Shown here piece after piece: positions 20,479 to 29,064 of a stretch of DNA of 64,000 bases. The first letter of the stretch is position 1. The number at the start of each line of letters is the position of its first letter. The notes below the pieces were generated by a model. The model was not told the origin of the DNA, did no database searches, and was given only the letters and a program-made list of their open reading frames with translations. The translations under genes were made by a program, and so were the position numbers. The DNA comes from Candidatus Sericytochromatia bacterium (GTDB lineage: Bacteria; Cyanobacteriota; Sericytochromatia; S15B-MN24; UBA4093): assembly GCA_036676495.1 (NCBI GenBank), contig JAKFCT010000046.1, positions 1 to 64,000 on the forward strand. The letters are read 5' to 3'.

Positions 20479-20867
20479 TCGAACTCCCAAAGCAGAATGC
20501 TCCCCTCACTGACGAAGGCCCGCGCGCGCGCCTCGTACGTGAAGCCCGCCAGCGTGGCCCGGCCCGTGCTGGAGATCCAGAAGGGGGCGCCCTCGGGCTC
20601 GGGCGGCATCATGGTGGTCTCGTACGCGACCGTGGGCTCCCCGGCGGCCAAGACCGTGCGAGGCAAGCCAGCCGACGCGACGAAGGTCGCGAAGACGCCG
20701 GCCTCGGCGGCGTTGATCGCCTGAAGCTTGCCGTACTCCGCCGTCACCCGGTTCGCATGGGTGATCTGCGACGAGGCGAGCATCGTGGCCGCCGCCAGAA
20801 AGAAGAAGACCACGATGGCCAGCATCAGGAGCGTGGCGCCCCGTTCTTCGTTATGGCGCCCCGACAC
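20475..20867 (-). CDS. PilX/GspK-like minor pilin
   Basis: RG/ATLLMLAIV lacking Glu5, QAINAAEAG, ISSTG motifs. Confidence 0.72.
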   Translation of the reverse strand: MSGRHNEERGATLLMLAIVVFFFLAAATMLASSQITHANRVTAEYGKLQAINAAEAGVFATFVASAGLPRTVLAAGEPTVAYETTMMPPEPEGAPFWISSTGRATLAGFTYEARARAFVSEGSILLWEFE

Positions 20868-21007
20868 GGCTCACCTCCTCTAACGCTCAGGATAGCGCCT
20901 GCTTGCAGGAGGACCATCCGTTGAAATTACCGCATACCCCGGGTATGGTTGGGAAGTATGCTGGGCATGTTACCCGTATTCCCCAGTTTCACAGGATTTC
21001 ACGGCCG

Positions 21008-22744
21008 ATGATTGAACCCGAAACCCCGCGCGGCCCTCGTTTGCGCAAGTTGGGAGAGCTGCTCGTCGACGAGGGGCTCATCGCACCCGCCCAAGTGGAT
21101 CGGGCGCTCGTGGAGTCCAGGCAGACCGGCGAACCGCTCGGCAAAATCCTCCTGAAGCGCGGCTTCATCACCGAGGAGCAACTCGGAGGCGCCCTGAGCG
21201 CCCAGGCAGGGACGGATTACCTGCGGATCGGCTCATGGCACTTCGACCGGGAGCTGATCGACCTCTTCCCCCATGACTTCCTCCAGCGCCACCAGGTCCT
21301 GCCCATGCGGGTCCACGACGGGATGCTGCAGGTGGTCATGGTCCATCCCAACGACGTGGACACGCTCGACGAGATCCGGCTGTTGACGGGCCTCAAGCCC
21401 CAGCCGGTGGTGACCACGAGCAAGGAGTTCGACGACGCCTTCGCGGTCCTGCTGAGCTCACTGCAGGGGCAGGTCTCGGAGGCGATCGCCTCGCTGCGCC
21501 AGGAAGCGACCGAAACGGCGGGCTCGGAAGCCCAGCGCCTGGCCGACGAGGTGGCGGTCGAAGACCAGCCCATCGTGCGCCTTCTCAACTCGATCCTGGC
21601 CGACGCCATCTCCCGCGGCGCCTCCGACGTCCACCTGGAGCCCCGCGAGAAGCGCATGCGCGTCCGCCTGCGCATCGACGGCGTCATGACCGACGTGACC
21701 GAGGTCCCCAAGGACCTCGAGGCCGCCCTGGTCTCGCGCCTCAAGATCATGGCCAACATGGACATCGCCGAGCGGCGCCGCCCCCAGGACGGTCGCAGCC
21801 GCCTCGCCGTCGCCGGCAAGACCTACGACCTGCGCATCAACCTGATCCCCAGCATCTGGGGCGAAAAGGGCGTCATCCGGATCCTCAGGCCCGCCATGCT
21901 CTTCGGCGGCATCGAAAGCCTGGGCCTCGCTCCCGAGACCTTCGCCCAGCTCAAGGCCCTGATCGAGGCCCCGCATGGCATCGTCCTCGCGACGGGCCCC
22001 ACGGGCTCCGGCAAGACCACCTCGCTCTACTCCGCCCTCTACGAGCTGAACACCCCGGATCGCAACATCGTCACCATCGAGGATCCGGTGGAGTACCCCC
22101 TGGAAGGCATCACCCAGACCCAGGTGAACCCGAAGGCGGGCCTCTCCTTCGCCGATGCGCTGCGCTCCCTCTTGCGCCAGGATCCCGACGTGATCATGGT
22201 CGGCGAGATCCGCGACGAGGAAACCCTCCATGCCGCCGTCTTCGCCGCGCTGACCGGGCACCTGGTGCTCTCGACCATCCACACGAACGACGCGGCCAGC
22301 ACTCCCACGCGCATCCTCGAAATGGGCCTTCCCGCCTACCTCATGGCCTCCTCGATCCGCGGGGTGATCGCCCAGCGGTTGGTTCGCAAGCTCTGTCCGC
22401 ATTGCCGGGAAGCCTTCACGGCCGGGGACGGCTACCCGGAGATCCTGCGCCAAGCGCCCCTTTACCGGGGCCGAGGCTGCGGGCGTTGCCGCGAGACGGG
22501 CTTCAGCGGCCGGATCGGCCTCTTCGAGATCATGACCATGACCCCGCGCCTGCAGGAGCTGGTGGGCGAAGGCGCTCCCGCCTACCGGATCCGCGAGGCG
22601 GCCGCCCGAGAAGGCATGCTCGCGATGGCGGACGACGCCCTGCGCAAGGTCCACGAGGGGATCACCACCCCCGAGGAGGTCGCCCGGGCGCTGGGCCCCA
22701 ACTGGACGGAGCAACGATGCCAAGCTTTCTCTACCGAGCCGTAG
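21008..22744 (+). CDS. pilB: Type IV pilus/T2SS assembly ATPase (PilB/GspE) with MshEN domain
   Basis: KLGELL/PLGKILL MshEN, ASDVHLEP, GPTGSGKTT, EDPVE, LRQDPD, GEIRD, CxxC zinc motifs. Confidence 0.92.
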   Translation: MIEPETPRGPRLRKLGELLVDEGLIAPAQVDRALVESRQTGEPLGKILLKRGFITEEQLGGALSAQAGTDYLRIGSWHFDRELIDLFPHDFLQRHQVLPMRVHDGMLQVVMVHPNDVDTLDEIRLLTGLKPQPVVTTSKEFDDAFAVLLSSLQGQVSEAIASLRQEATETAGSEAQRLADEVAVEDQPIVRLLNSILADAISRGASDVHLEPREKRMRVRLRIDGVMTDVTEVPKDLEAALVSRLKIMANMDIAERRRPQDGRSRLAVAGKTYDLRINLIPSIWGEKGVIRILRPAMLFGGIESLGLAPETFAQLKALIEAPHGIVLATGPTGSGKTTSLYSALYELNTPDRNIVTIEDPVEYPLEGITQTQVNPKAGLSFADALRSLLRQDPDVIMVGEIRDEETLHAAVFAALTGHLVLSTIHTNDAASTPTRILEMGLPAYLMASSIRGVIAQRLVRKLCPHCREAFTAGDGYPEILRQAPLYRGRGCGRCRETGFSGRIGLFEIMTMTPRLQELVGEGAPAYRIREAAAREGMLAMADDALRKVHEGITTPEEVARALGPNWTEQRCQAFSTEP

Positions 22745-23955
22745 ATCTCGATAGCCGCCGGCAAGTCGACGGCTTGATCGAGGCCGACGACGAGCGCGCC
22801 GCCCGCACGCAGCTGCGCGCGCGCGGGGTCCTGCCCCTGGCCGTCTCCGCGATCGCGACCGACGCCGACACCGATCCCCGGCTCCAGGCCCTGATCGAGA
22901 CCCTGACCTTCCACCCCGTATCGATCAAGGATCTGGCCATCTTCACCCAGCAGCTCGCCGCCCTGGTGGAAGCCGGCATTCCCTTGATCGACGCCATGCA
23001 CTTACTCGATGAGCAGGTCTCCAACCCGTCGATCCGCAAAGCCCTGGCCGTGATCCGCAAGGATCTCTTCGGGGGGATCAGCCTGAGCGAAGCGCTCACG
23101 CGGCACCCGCGCATCTTCAACCCGCTCTTCATCAACCTGGTACAGGCCGGCGAGCTCAGCGGCTCGCTGGATACGATGCTCGTGCGCCTGGCCTCGATGA
23201 TCGAGGCCAGCGCCGAGCTCGAGCGCAAGGTCAAGGGCGCGCTCACCTATCCCGGCCTGCTCGCCGCCACCCTGAGCATCGTGATCATGGTGATCATGGT
23301 CTACGTGGTTCCCGGCTTCCAGGGCATCTACGCCAAGACCGGGAACGCCCTCCCGCTTCCGACCCAGGTGCTGCTGGGCATCAGCACTTTCATCCGCTCC
23401 ACGTACGTCGGCATCCTCGTGGGCGCGGCGGGCCTCTACGGGGCCTACCAGGTCTATCGCCGCAGCAAGGCGGGACGGCCCGTGATCGACAGCCTCTGGC
23501 TACGCGTGCCCCTCTTCGGTCGCCTGATCCTGGAGCAGCAGGCCAACACCTTCGCCCGGGCCTTCGGGACCGTCTACGGAGCGGGGGTGCCGATCGTCCC
23601 GGCGCTCGAAAGCTGCCGCAAGCTGATCACGAACTGGGCGATCGGCCATCAGATCGACCTCGCCCTGGACGGCGTGCGCCTGGGACGCCCCCTGACGGCG
23701 GGGCTTTCCAACAGCGAGCAGTTCCCGAAGATCTTGGCCCAGATGATGGCCATCGGCGAATCGTCCGGCCGGCTCGAAGAGATGTGCCAGAAGGCGGTGG
23801 CCTTCTCCGACAAGGAGCTCAACCACCGCATCCAGCAGATGACCGCCATGCTCGAGCCGATGCTCACCATCGTCATGGGGCTGATCGTGGCGGGAATCGC
23901 CCTCGCGCTCTACCTGCCGATGTTCGACCTGCCAAGCCTGCTCATCAAGGGGTAG
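22717..23955 (+). CDS. pilC: Pilus platform protein PilC/GspF
   Basis: FTQQLAALVEAGIPL, AGELSGSLD, ALTYP, IGESSGRL, LEP, LYLPMF. Confidence 0.92.
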   Translation: MPSFLYRAVDLDSRRQVDGLIEADDERAARTQLRARGVLPLAVSAIATDADTDPRLQALIETLTFHPVSIKDLAIFTQQLAALVEAGIPLIDAMHLLDEQVSNPSIRKALAVIRKDLFGGISLSEALTRHPRIFNPLFINLVQAGELSGSLDTMLVRLASMIEASAELERKVKGALTYPGLLAATLSIVIMVIMVYVVPGFQGIYAKTGNALPLPTQVLLGISTFIRSTYVGILVGAAGLYGAYQVYRRSKAGRPVIDSLWLRVPLFGRLILEQQANTFARAFGTVYGAGVPIVPALESCRKLITNWAIGHQIDLALDGVRLGRPLTAGLSNSEQFPKILAQMMAIGESSGRLEEMCQKAVAFSDKELNHRIQQMTAMLEPMLTIVMGLIVAGIALALYLPMFDLPSLLIKG

Positions 23956-23962
23956 CTGCCCG

Positions 23963-24030
23963 CGTCATTCCCGCGGAAGCGGGAATCCACCTGGACTCCC
24001 GCCGTCACCCCCGTGAAAACGGGGGGCGGG
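23963..24030. repeat. REP/RPE-like palindromic element, copy 2
   Basis: GTCATTCCCGCGGAAGCGGGAATCCA followed by GTCACCCCCGTGAAAACGGGG. Confidence 0.75.
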
Positions 24031-24041
24031 CGCGGCGTTCC

Positions 24042-25727
24042 TTACTCCGAGACGATCCGGGGCGTCATCATGATGACGAGCTCGGTTTGCCGGTCCTGGA
24101 CGCTCGATGAGCTGAAGAGCCAACCGAGAATCGGGATGTCGCCCAAGATCGGGAACTTGTTTCGGGTGGAGATCCGGGTGGTCTGGGTGAGGCCCGCGAG
24201 GCTGAGGGTCTTACCGCTCTCCACCGTGACCTGCTGGGCGATCAGCTCCCGCCGGCTCAACAGCGACAAGGGGTTGCCGAGGGAGTCCTTCTGGGTCTCG
24301 CGGATGGTGGAGACCGTGGGATGGAGGCGCAAGGTGACGGTGCCGTCGGCTCCGACCTTGGGAAGGATGTTGAGCGAGACGCCCGCCACGCCGTAGATGG
24401 GCTCCACCACGATGACCGTCTGGCCGTTGCCCAGGTTGAGCCCCTGGTTGGAGATGCGGGTGCCCTTGATGACCTCGTCGACGATGTTGATCTGGCTCTC
24501 GGTGTTGTCCGTCGCGATGATGGTGGGGCGGGCCAGGATCTTGGCCCGGCGGTCCTGGACCATGGCGGTGAGCTTGGCCCGCAGGGCCGTGGGGAAGAAC
24601 GTGGACGAGTCGTAGCCGATCGTCCAGCCGGGATTGGACGCAGCCCCGGGCTCGAAGGTCGTGCTGACGGAGTTCTGCGTGCCCCCGGCGGTGACGCCCA
24701 GGTCGAGCGCGTCCTGCGAGGCGATCTCGATGACCTCGACGTCGATGGCGACCTGCGCCAGCTTGCGATCGAGCTGCGGGATCAGGGCCTCGGCGGCGGC
24801 CAGCGATTCCGCGGATCCCATGACGATGACCGAGTTCGTGCGCGTATCGGGGATGGCCACGGATTGGCGGGCCTCGATCGGCATGCTCTGGGTCTGCAGC
24901 GCCCGCATGCGGACCTGAGTCTGAGTCGCGCCCATCTCCACTCCCGAGGACGTCGAGACCGCCCCGTTGCCTTCCTTGACCATCTCCTGATCCACCTGCA
25001 GGGGGACTGCTTCCGCCTTGTTGCCGTTGTTGAAGAGCGAGGCGTTGAGCAGGGAGGCGACCTGGGTGGCATGGGCGTGGCTGAGCTTGAAGATGCGATG
25101 CTCCTGGGGGCGATCCAGGGACTCGACGATCCGCTCGGCGATGGCGATCTCGCTGGCGGAGCCCATGACGAGCACGGTGTTGGTGCGGGGATCCGCCTTG
25201 GCGAGTTCGAGGCGCTGCTGGCTTTGAGACGACGAGGTGCCTCCGGTGAGTCCGGAGTAGGGGGCGGTGAGCGTGCTGGTGTTGAGGAACTCCGCGACCC
25301 GCGCGGAACTGGCGTGCTTCAGCTCGAAGAGGCGCACGTTGGAGGCGAGCAGGCCGCGTTCGAAGGCCTTCTTGCGGCTGATCACGGCGAAGACGTTGCC
25401 CTTCCAGTAGGCCTGGAGGCCGCCCATCGCGAAGAGGGTCTCCAGGGCGTCCCCGAGCCGGACGTCCCGGAAGTCGACGTTGACCGTCTCCTTGAGGTCA
25501 TCCTCGATGACCAGGCTGATGCGGCCCTTCTGGCCGACGAGGCGGATGGCCTCCCGGAGGGGGAGGTTGGTGATGGAGACGGAGATCTTGCGCTCGAAGT
25601 CTCCGCCCTTGAAGCTGGCCGCCGGGGAAGGAGAGACGGCCGGTGAGGAGGCCAGGGCGGCCGCGGGGGGCAATCCGAGGCTGAGGGCCAGCAGCAGCGC
25701 GAGACGCAGGCGGGAGGGCGAAAGCAT
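24042..25727 (-). CDS. Secretin (PilQ/GspD family)
   Basis: Signal peptide, N3 domains (ADPRTNTVLV, PDTRTNSVIV), QVAIDVEVIE, KFPILGDIPILGWLF, ELVIMMTPRIV. Confidence 0.93.
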   Translation of the reverse strand: MLSPSRLRLALLLALSLGLPPAAALASSPAVSPSPAASFKGGDFERKISVSITNLPLREAIRLVGQKGRISLVIEDDLKETVNVDFRDVRLGDALETLFAMGGLQAYWKGNVFAVISRKKAFERGLLASNVRLFELKHASSARVAEFLNTSTLTAPYSGLTGGTSSSQSQQRLELAKADPRTNTVLVMGSASEIAIAERIVESLDRPQEHRIFKLSHAHATQVASLLNASLFNNGNKAEAVPLQVDQEMVKEGNGAVSTSSGVEMGATQTQVRMRALQTQSMPIEARQSVAIPDTRTNSVIVMGSAESLAAAEALIPQLDRKLAQVAIDVEVIEIASQDALDLGVTAGGTQNSVSTTFEPGAASNPGWTIGYDSSTFFPTALRAKLTAMVQDRRAKILARPTIIATDNTESQINIVDEVIKGTRISNQGLNLGNGQTVIVVEPIYGVAGVSLNILPKVGADGTVTLRLHPTVSTIRETQKDSLGNPLSLLSRRELIAQQVTVESGKTLSLAGLTQTTRISTRNKFPILGDIPILGWLFSSSSVQDRQTELVIMMTPRIVSE

Positions 25728-25729
25728 GA

Positions 25730-26158
25730 TCAGAGGACTCCTTCGCGGCGGAGGTGCTTGACGATCAAGCGGCCCTTCCGGCTCCAGGTGAGCTTGTGGG
25801 GGGTAATCGCGGTGACGGCGGCGCCTTCGAGCCGATCGCCCACGCGCACGAACCAGGTGCGATCGCCATCCGAGACGGCGGCGATCGCCTCGGTCTCGTC
25901 GTAGACGATGCCGACGTAGGCGAGCCGGTCCAGGACCGTTTCCGGTGGCTTGGCAGGGATACGCGGCGCTTCTCCGAGCGACGTCCCTCCAGGCTCGGCC
26001 GGAAGCGCGGGAAGTCCGGCCGGCCCCCGGCGCGGCACGATCAACGGGCGGTAGGGATTGCGACGGCCCAAGGTCTCCTGCGGCGGCTCCGCCCGGACAT
26101 GGCCCGGCAGCCCCAGCAAGACGATCGCTCCGATGATCAGGACCGAGATCCCCCGCAT
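25730..26158 (-). CDS. PilP/GspC-like periplasmic protein
   Basis: Signal peptide, RRNPY, Pro-rich linker, YVGIV...VRVGD...VTAIT beta domain; directly upstream of the secretin. Confidence 0.65.
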   Translation of the reverse strand: MRGISVLIIGAIVLLGLPGHVRAEPPQETLGRRNPYRPLIVPRRGPAGLPALPAEPGGTSLGEAPRIPAKPPETVLDRLAYVGIVYDETEAIAAVSDGDRTWFVRVGDRLEGAAVTAITPHKLTWSRKGRLIVKHLRREGVL

Positions 26159-26347
26159 GGCTCCGTCAATCTCCTTTGAATCGCTCCTCTTTGATTATGC
26201 CCGAGCCGACAGGCAAGTATTCCGTAGTTTCCCGTGATCCCAAGGGTTTCAAGCCTTGCTAAGCTGAAAAGGGTCGTGATAGCCTGGCTACAGACCAACC
26301 GCAGGGCTGAACTTGGCTCGTAGAGCGAATTTTAAGGAGTCTCAAAA

Positions 26348-26698
26348 ATGAAGAAAACTCACAAGAAGGAAGCCGGCTTCACCCTGATCGAGCTGGCGCT
26401 CATCATCGCGGTGCTGGGCATCCTGGGCGCCGTGGGCGCCGTGAAGCTGGCCTCGATGACCGAGGAAGCCAAGACGGCCGCCGTGAGGACCACCCTCGCC
26501 AACGCGCGCTCGGCCTTCGCCATCGGCATCGCGAAGGAAACCGACGGCGGCGTCACCACCGCGGACATGGCCAAGTACATGACGGGCGCCGGCACCACGA
26601 CCGACACCACCATCGAGGTCGAAGGCAAGTACCTCGTCACCTTCGAGGTCGACGCGCAGAAGAACATCACCAACGTCGCCTCGGCCTCGGTCAAGTAG
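26348..26698 (+). CDS. pilA: Major type IV pilin
   Basis: AG/FTLIELALIIAVLGIL; strong RBS, monocistronic, own terminator. Confidence 0.85.
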   Translation: MKKTHKKEAGFTLIELALIIAVLGILGAVGAVKLASMTEEAKTAAVRTTLANARSAFAIGIAKETDGGVTTADMAKYMTGAGTTTDTTIEVEGKYLVTFEVDAQKNITNVASASVK

Positions 26699-26720
26699 TC
26701 AGCCCGCCGCCCCTAAAAGC

Positions 26721-26749
26721 AAGCTCCCGCCCTGAGGGCGGGAGCTTTT
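26721..26749 (+). terminator. Rho-independent terminator after the pilin
   Basis: AAGCTCCCGCCC-TGA-GGGCGGGAGCTTTT. Confidence 0.85.
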
Positions 26750-26773
26750 CTCATGGAGCGACGACGGGGCGGG

Positions 26774-27568
26774 TCAGGGCTGTCCCAGGACGGCCCGCTT
26801 CACGAAGGCCGCCTTGCGCGGAGCGTCCCGCAGCATCGTCTCTTGATGCAAGTGATAGCAGGCGAAGGCCTGGCCCAGGTCGGAGCGGGGGTCCTGCTTC
26901 TGGCGGTCATGGGTGAACTCCTCGCGCCAGTCCGAGACGTCCCGATGCTCATGGCGGTAGTCGAACGGCAGGTCGTACGCGTCGTTGACGCCATAGGGCG
27001 TCCGGCCTCCCGGTCCTTGGGCCTTCCACTCGCTGAGCGTGGCGAAGACCCCGACCTTCTCGAGATTTCGGCTCGCGCCGGGGCGATTCATGAGGGAGGA
27101 GGCACTCACTCCGGCCTGTCCGGTCGAGACCGTCTGCCGGAAGGTTTCGAGGTCGAGCGGGTTCGCGACCCAGGCGAGCGCCACCGCGTGCAGGGTCGCC
27201 ATGGCGATCGCCTCGTCGTTGTAGGCGCCGCCTCCGAGGTAGGCCCCGTCCTGGAGGCCGATTTCCTGCATGCTCGCGTCGTAGAACTCGGGGGCCTTCG
27301 GCGTGGCCTGCTGCACGCGCTTCAGGCGGCGGATGGGCTGCTTGGCGAGGAAGCCCCGGTCGACCTTGCGCAAGGCGTCCTGCACGGCGATGAGCTCGGA
27401 GCCCCAGCGCGCGCCGTCGGCCCCCTCGACCACTTGAAGACCGAACTCCCTCTGGATGTCCTGTTTGAGGACCGTGAGGTCGGTGTCCGAGATCTGGCGG
27501 AAAGTCGGCAGCCAGGCGCATCCCGAGAGGAACAGCATGCCGCTCATGACCGAAAATCGAAGCTTCAT
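26774..27568 (-). CDS. Lipoprotein with degenerate zincin-like domain
   Basis: Lipobox FLSGC; TLHAVALAW and PRSDLGQAFACY occupy the positions of HExxH and P-EDFAE-F-Y. Confidence 0.6.
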   Translation of the reverse strand: MKLRFSVMSGMLFLSGCAWLPTFRQISDTDLTVLKQDIQREFGLQVVEGADGARWGSELIAVQDALRKVDRGFLAKQPIRRLKRVQQATPKAPEFYDASMQEIGLQDGAYLGGGAYNDEAIAMATLHAVALAWVANPLDLETFRQTVSTGQAGVSASSLMNRPGASRNLEKVGVFATLSEWKAQGPGGRTPYGVNDAYDLPFDYRHEHRDVSDWREEFTHDRQKQDPRSDLGQAFACYHLHQETMLRDAPRKAAFVKRAVLGQP

Positions 27569-27742
27569 CGGAACACCCCGCTTTCCCCCGCCACCCGTTC
27601 AAGGGGGCGGGCACTCGGGATCCATTATGCCCCGAACGCCCCCGATCCAGAAAGCCCGCGGATCTGGAGGGTAGAAGATCGCTTGACTGGGGAATAAGCG
27701 AGTAAGACCGCCTTCACCTTTCATTCACATCAGGTTGTATCA

Positions 27743-28696
27743 ATGGCCAACGTCCTGATCGTCGATTCCTCCCAACTGATGCTGCGGAACATGTTGGCCC
27801 TGCTGAGCCCTCACGGCTTCAACCTCCAGCTGGCCACATCGCCGATGCAAGCCCTCTCCATGCTGACGCGGCAGCGCCCGGACGTGATCGTCCTGGACGC
27901 CTACCTGCCCGGCGTCAACGGAGGGGAGTTCACCCGGCTCCTGCGCTCGAACCCCTCCTCCGAGGACATCCCGGTGATCCTCACGGCCAGCGAGGACCGG
28001 CTCCCCAAGTCCTTCGCCGAGATCGGCGCTCAGGCCCTCCTGGTGAAACCGATCGACATGGAGGTTCTCGCCAAGCTCATAAAGGGCTTCGTCGACCCGA
28101 TGCCGAAGGAAAAGGAAGCGATCAAGTTCCTGCTGCTGGAGCATCCCGAGGACCTGAACGTCGAGGTGATCAAGGTCAAGACCCATGAGGTGCATATCCG
28201 GGGCGCGGAGTTGCCGAAGCTCCACGGCGGAGAGGCCGTGATCCTCAGCTACGGGGCGGATGCGGGGCTGGTGGCGCGAGACGCCACGGTCCAGACCTTC
28301 CAGGACGGGGTCGCCGTCCTGAGCCTGGGCGCCAAGGTCATCATCAAGCAGCAGCGCCGCTTCTTCCGGCGCGAGATCTCCCTGCCCCTGCGCTACCGCA
28401 TCCCCGGAGACTTCTTCCGGCTCGCTCGCACCCTGGACATCTCCGCGGGGGGCATTCGCGCCATCGGCATGGGCGGAGCCCTGGAGATCGGGATGGCTCT
28501 CGACTTCCAGCTGGTCATCGATCCCGCGATGCAACTGAGCATCCGAGGCGTGATCCGGCGCCTGGAGCCCGAAGCGGAGGGCGTGATGGCCGGGATCGAG
28601 TTCCAGGACATGGATCCCCGGGTCCAGGCCGAACTGACCATGTTCCTCTTCAACGGATCTCGCCTGGTGGCTTCAGTCCCCCAAGCGGCCCCCTGA
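27743..28696 (+). CDS. Response regulator receiver plus PilZ domain protein
   Basis: VLIVDSS, VIVLD, KP; C-terminal QRRFFR and DISAGG. Confidence 0.85.
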   Translation: MANVLIVDSSQLMLRNMLALLSPHGFNLQLATSPMQALSMLTRQRPDVIVLDAYLPGVNGGEFTRLLRSNPSSEDIPVILTASEDRLPKSFAEIGAQALLVKPIDMEVLAKLIKGFVDPMPKEKEAIKFLLLEHPEDLNVEVIKVKTHEVHIRGAELPKLHGGEAVILSYGADAGLVARDATVQTFQDGVAVLSLGAKVIIKQQRRFFRREISLPLRYRIPGDFFRLARTLDISAGGIRAIGMGGALEIGMALDFQLVIDPAMQLSIRGVIRRLEPEAEGVMAGIEFQDMDPRVQAELTMFLFNGSRLVASVPQAAP

Positions 28697-28791
28697 GCGA
28701 GACGCTCCCCCCCACCCCATGCCCCCGTCGGTCCTCCGAACCGGGGGCATTTCCTCGTTGACAGGCTTGATTGGCGCGTGTTACGCTCTTT

Positions 28792-28808
28792 TTGACAATT
28801 ATTCTCAA
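28792..28808. promoter_or_regulatory. Fur-type box upstream of feoA
   Basis: TTGACAAT-T-ATTCTCAA inverted repeat just downstream of a TTGACA(28758)-18 nt-TACGCT promoter. Confidence 0.8.
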
Positions 28809-28821
28809 TAGGAGAGAAACC

Positions 28822-29064
28822 ATGCCGCCAAGCCCCTCCATCACGCTCGATCAGGCGCGCAAGGGTGATCGCCTGCTCATCCAGGCCATCCCCGACGCGA
28901 CCGTGAGGGTCCAGGTGGTCCGCTTCGGACTCGCGATCGGCGCGACGGTCACCTGCCAGTCGGTCATGCCCGGCGGCCCGGTGATCCTGCGCCGGGGTTT
29001 CCAGGAGATCGCCATCGGCCGCGACCTCGCCCGCACCATTCAGGTGGAGAGGCAAGCCTCATGA
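28822..29064 (+). CDS. feoA: Ferrous iron transport protein A
   Basis: RFGLAIGATV...PGGPVIL...EIAIGRDLA SH3-like pattern; directly upstream of feoB. Confidence 0.9.
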   Translation: MPPSPSITLDQARKGDRLLIQAIPDATVRVQVVRFGLAIGATVTCQSVMPGGPVILRRGFQEIAIGRDLARTIQVERQAS

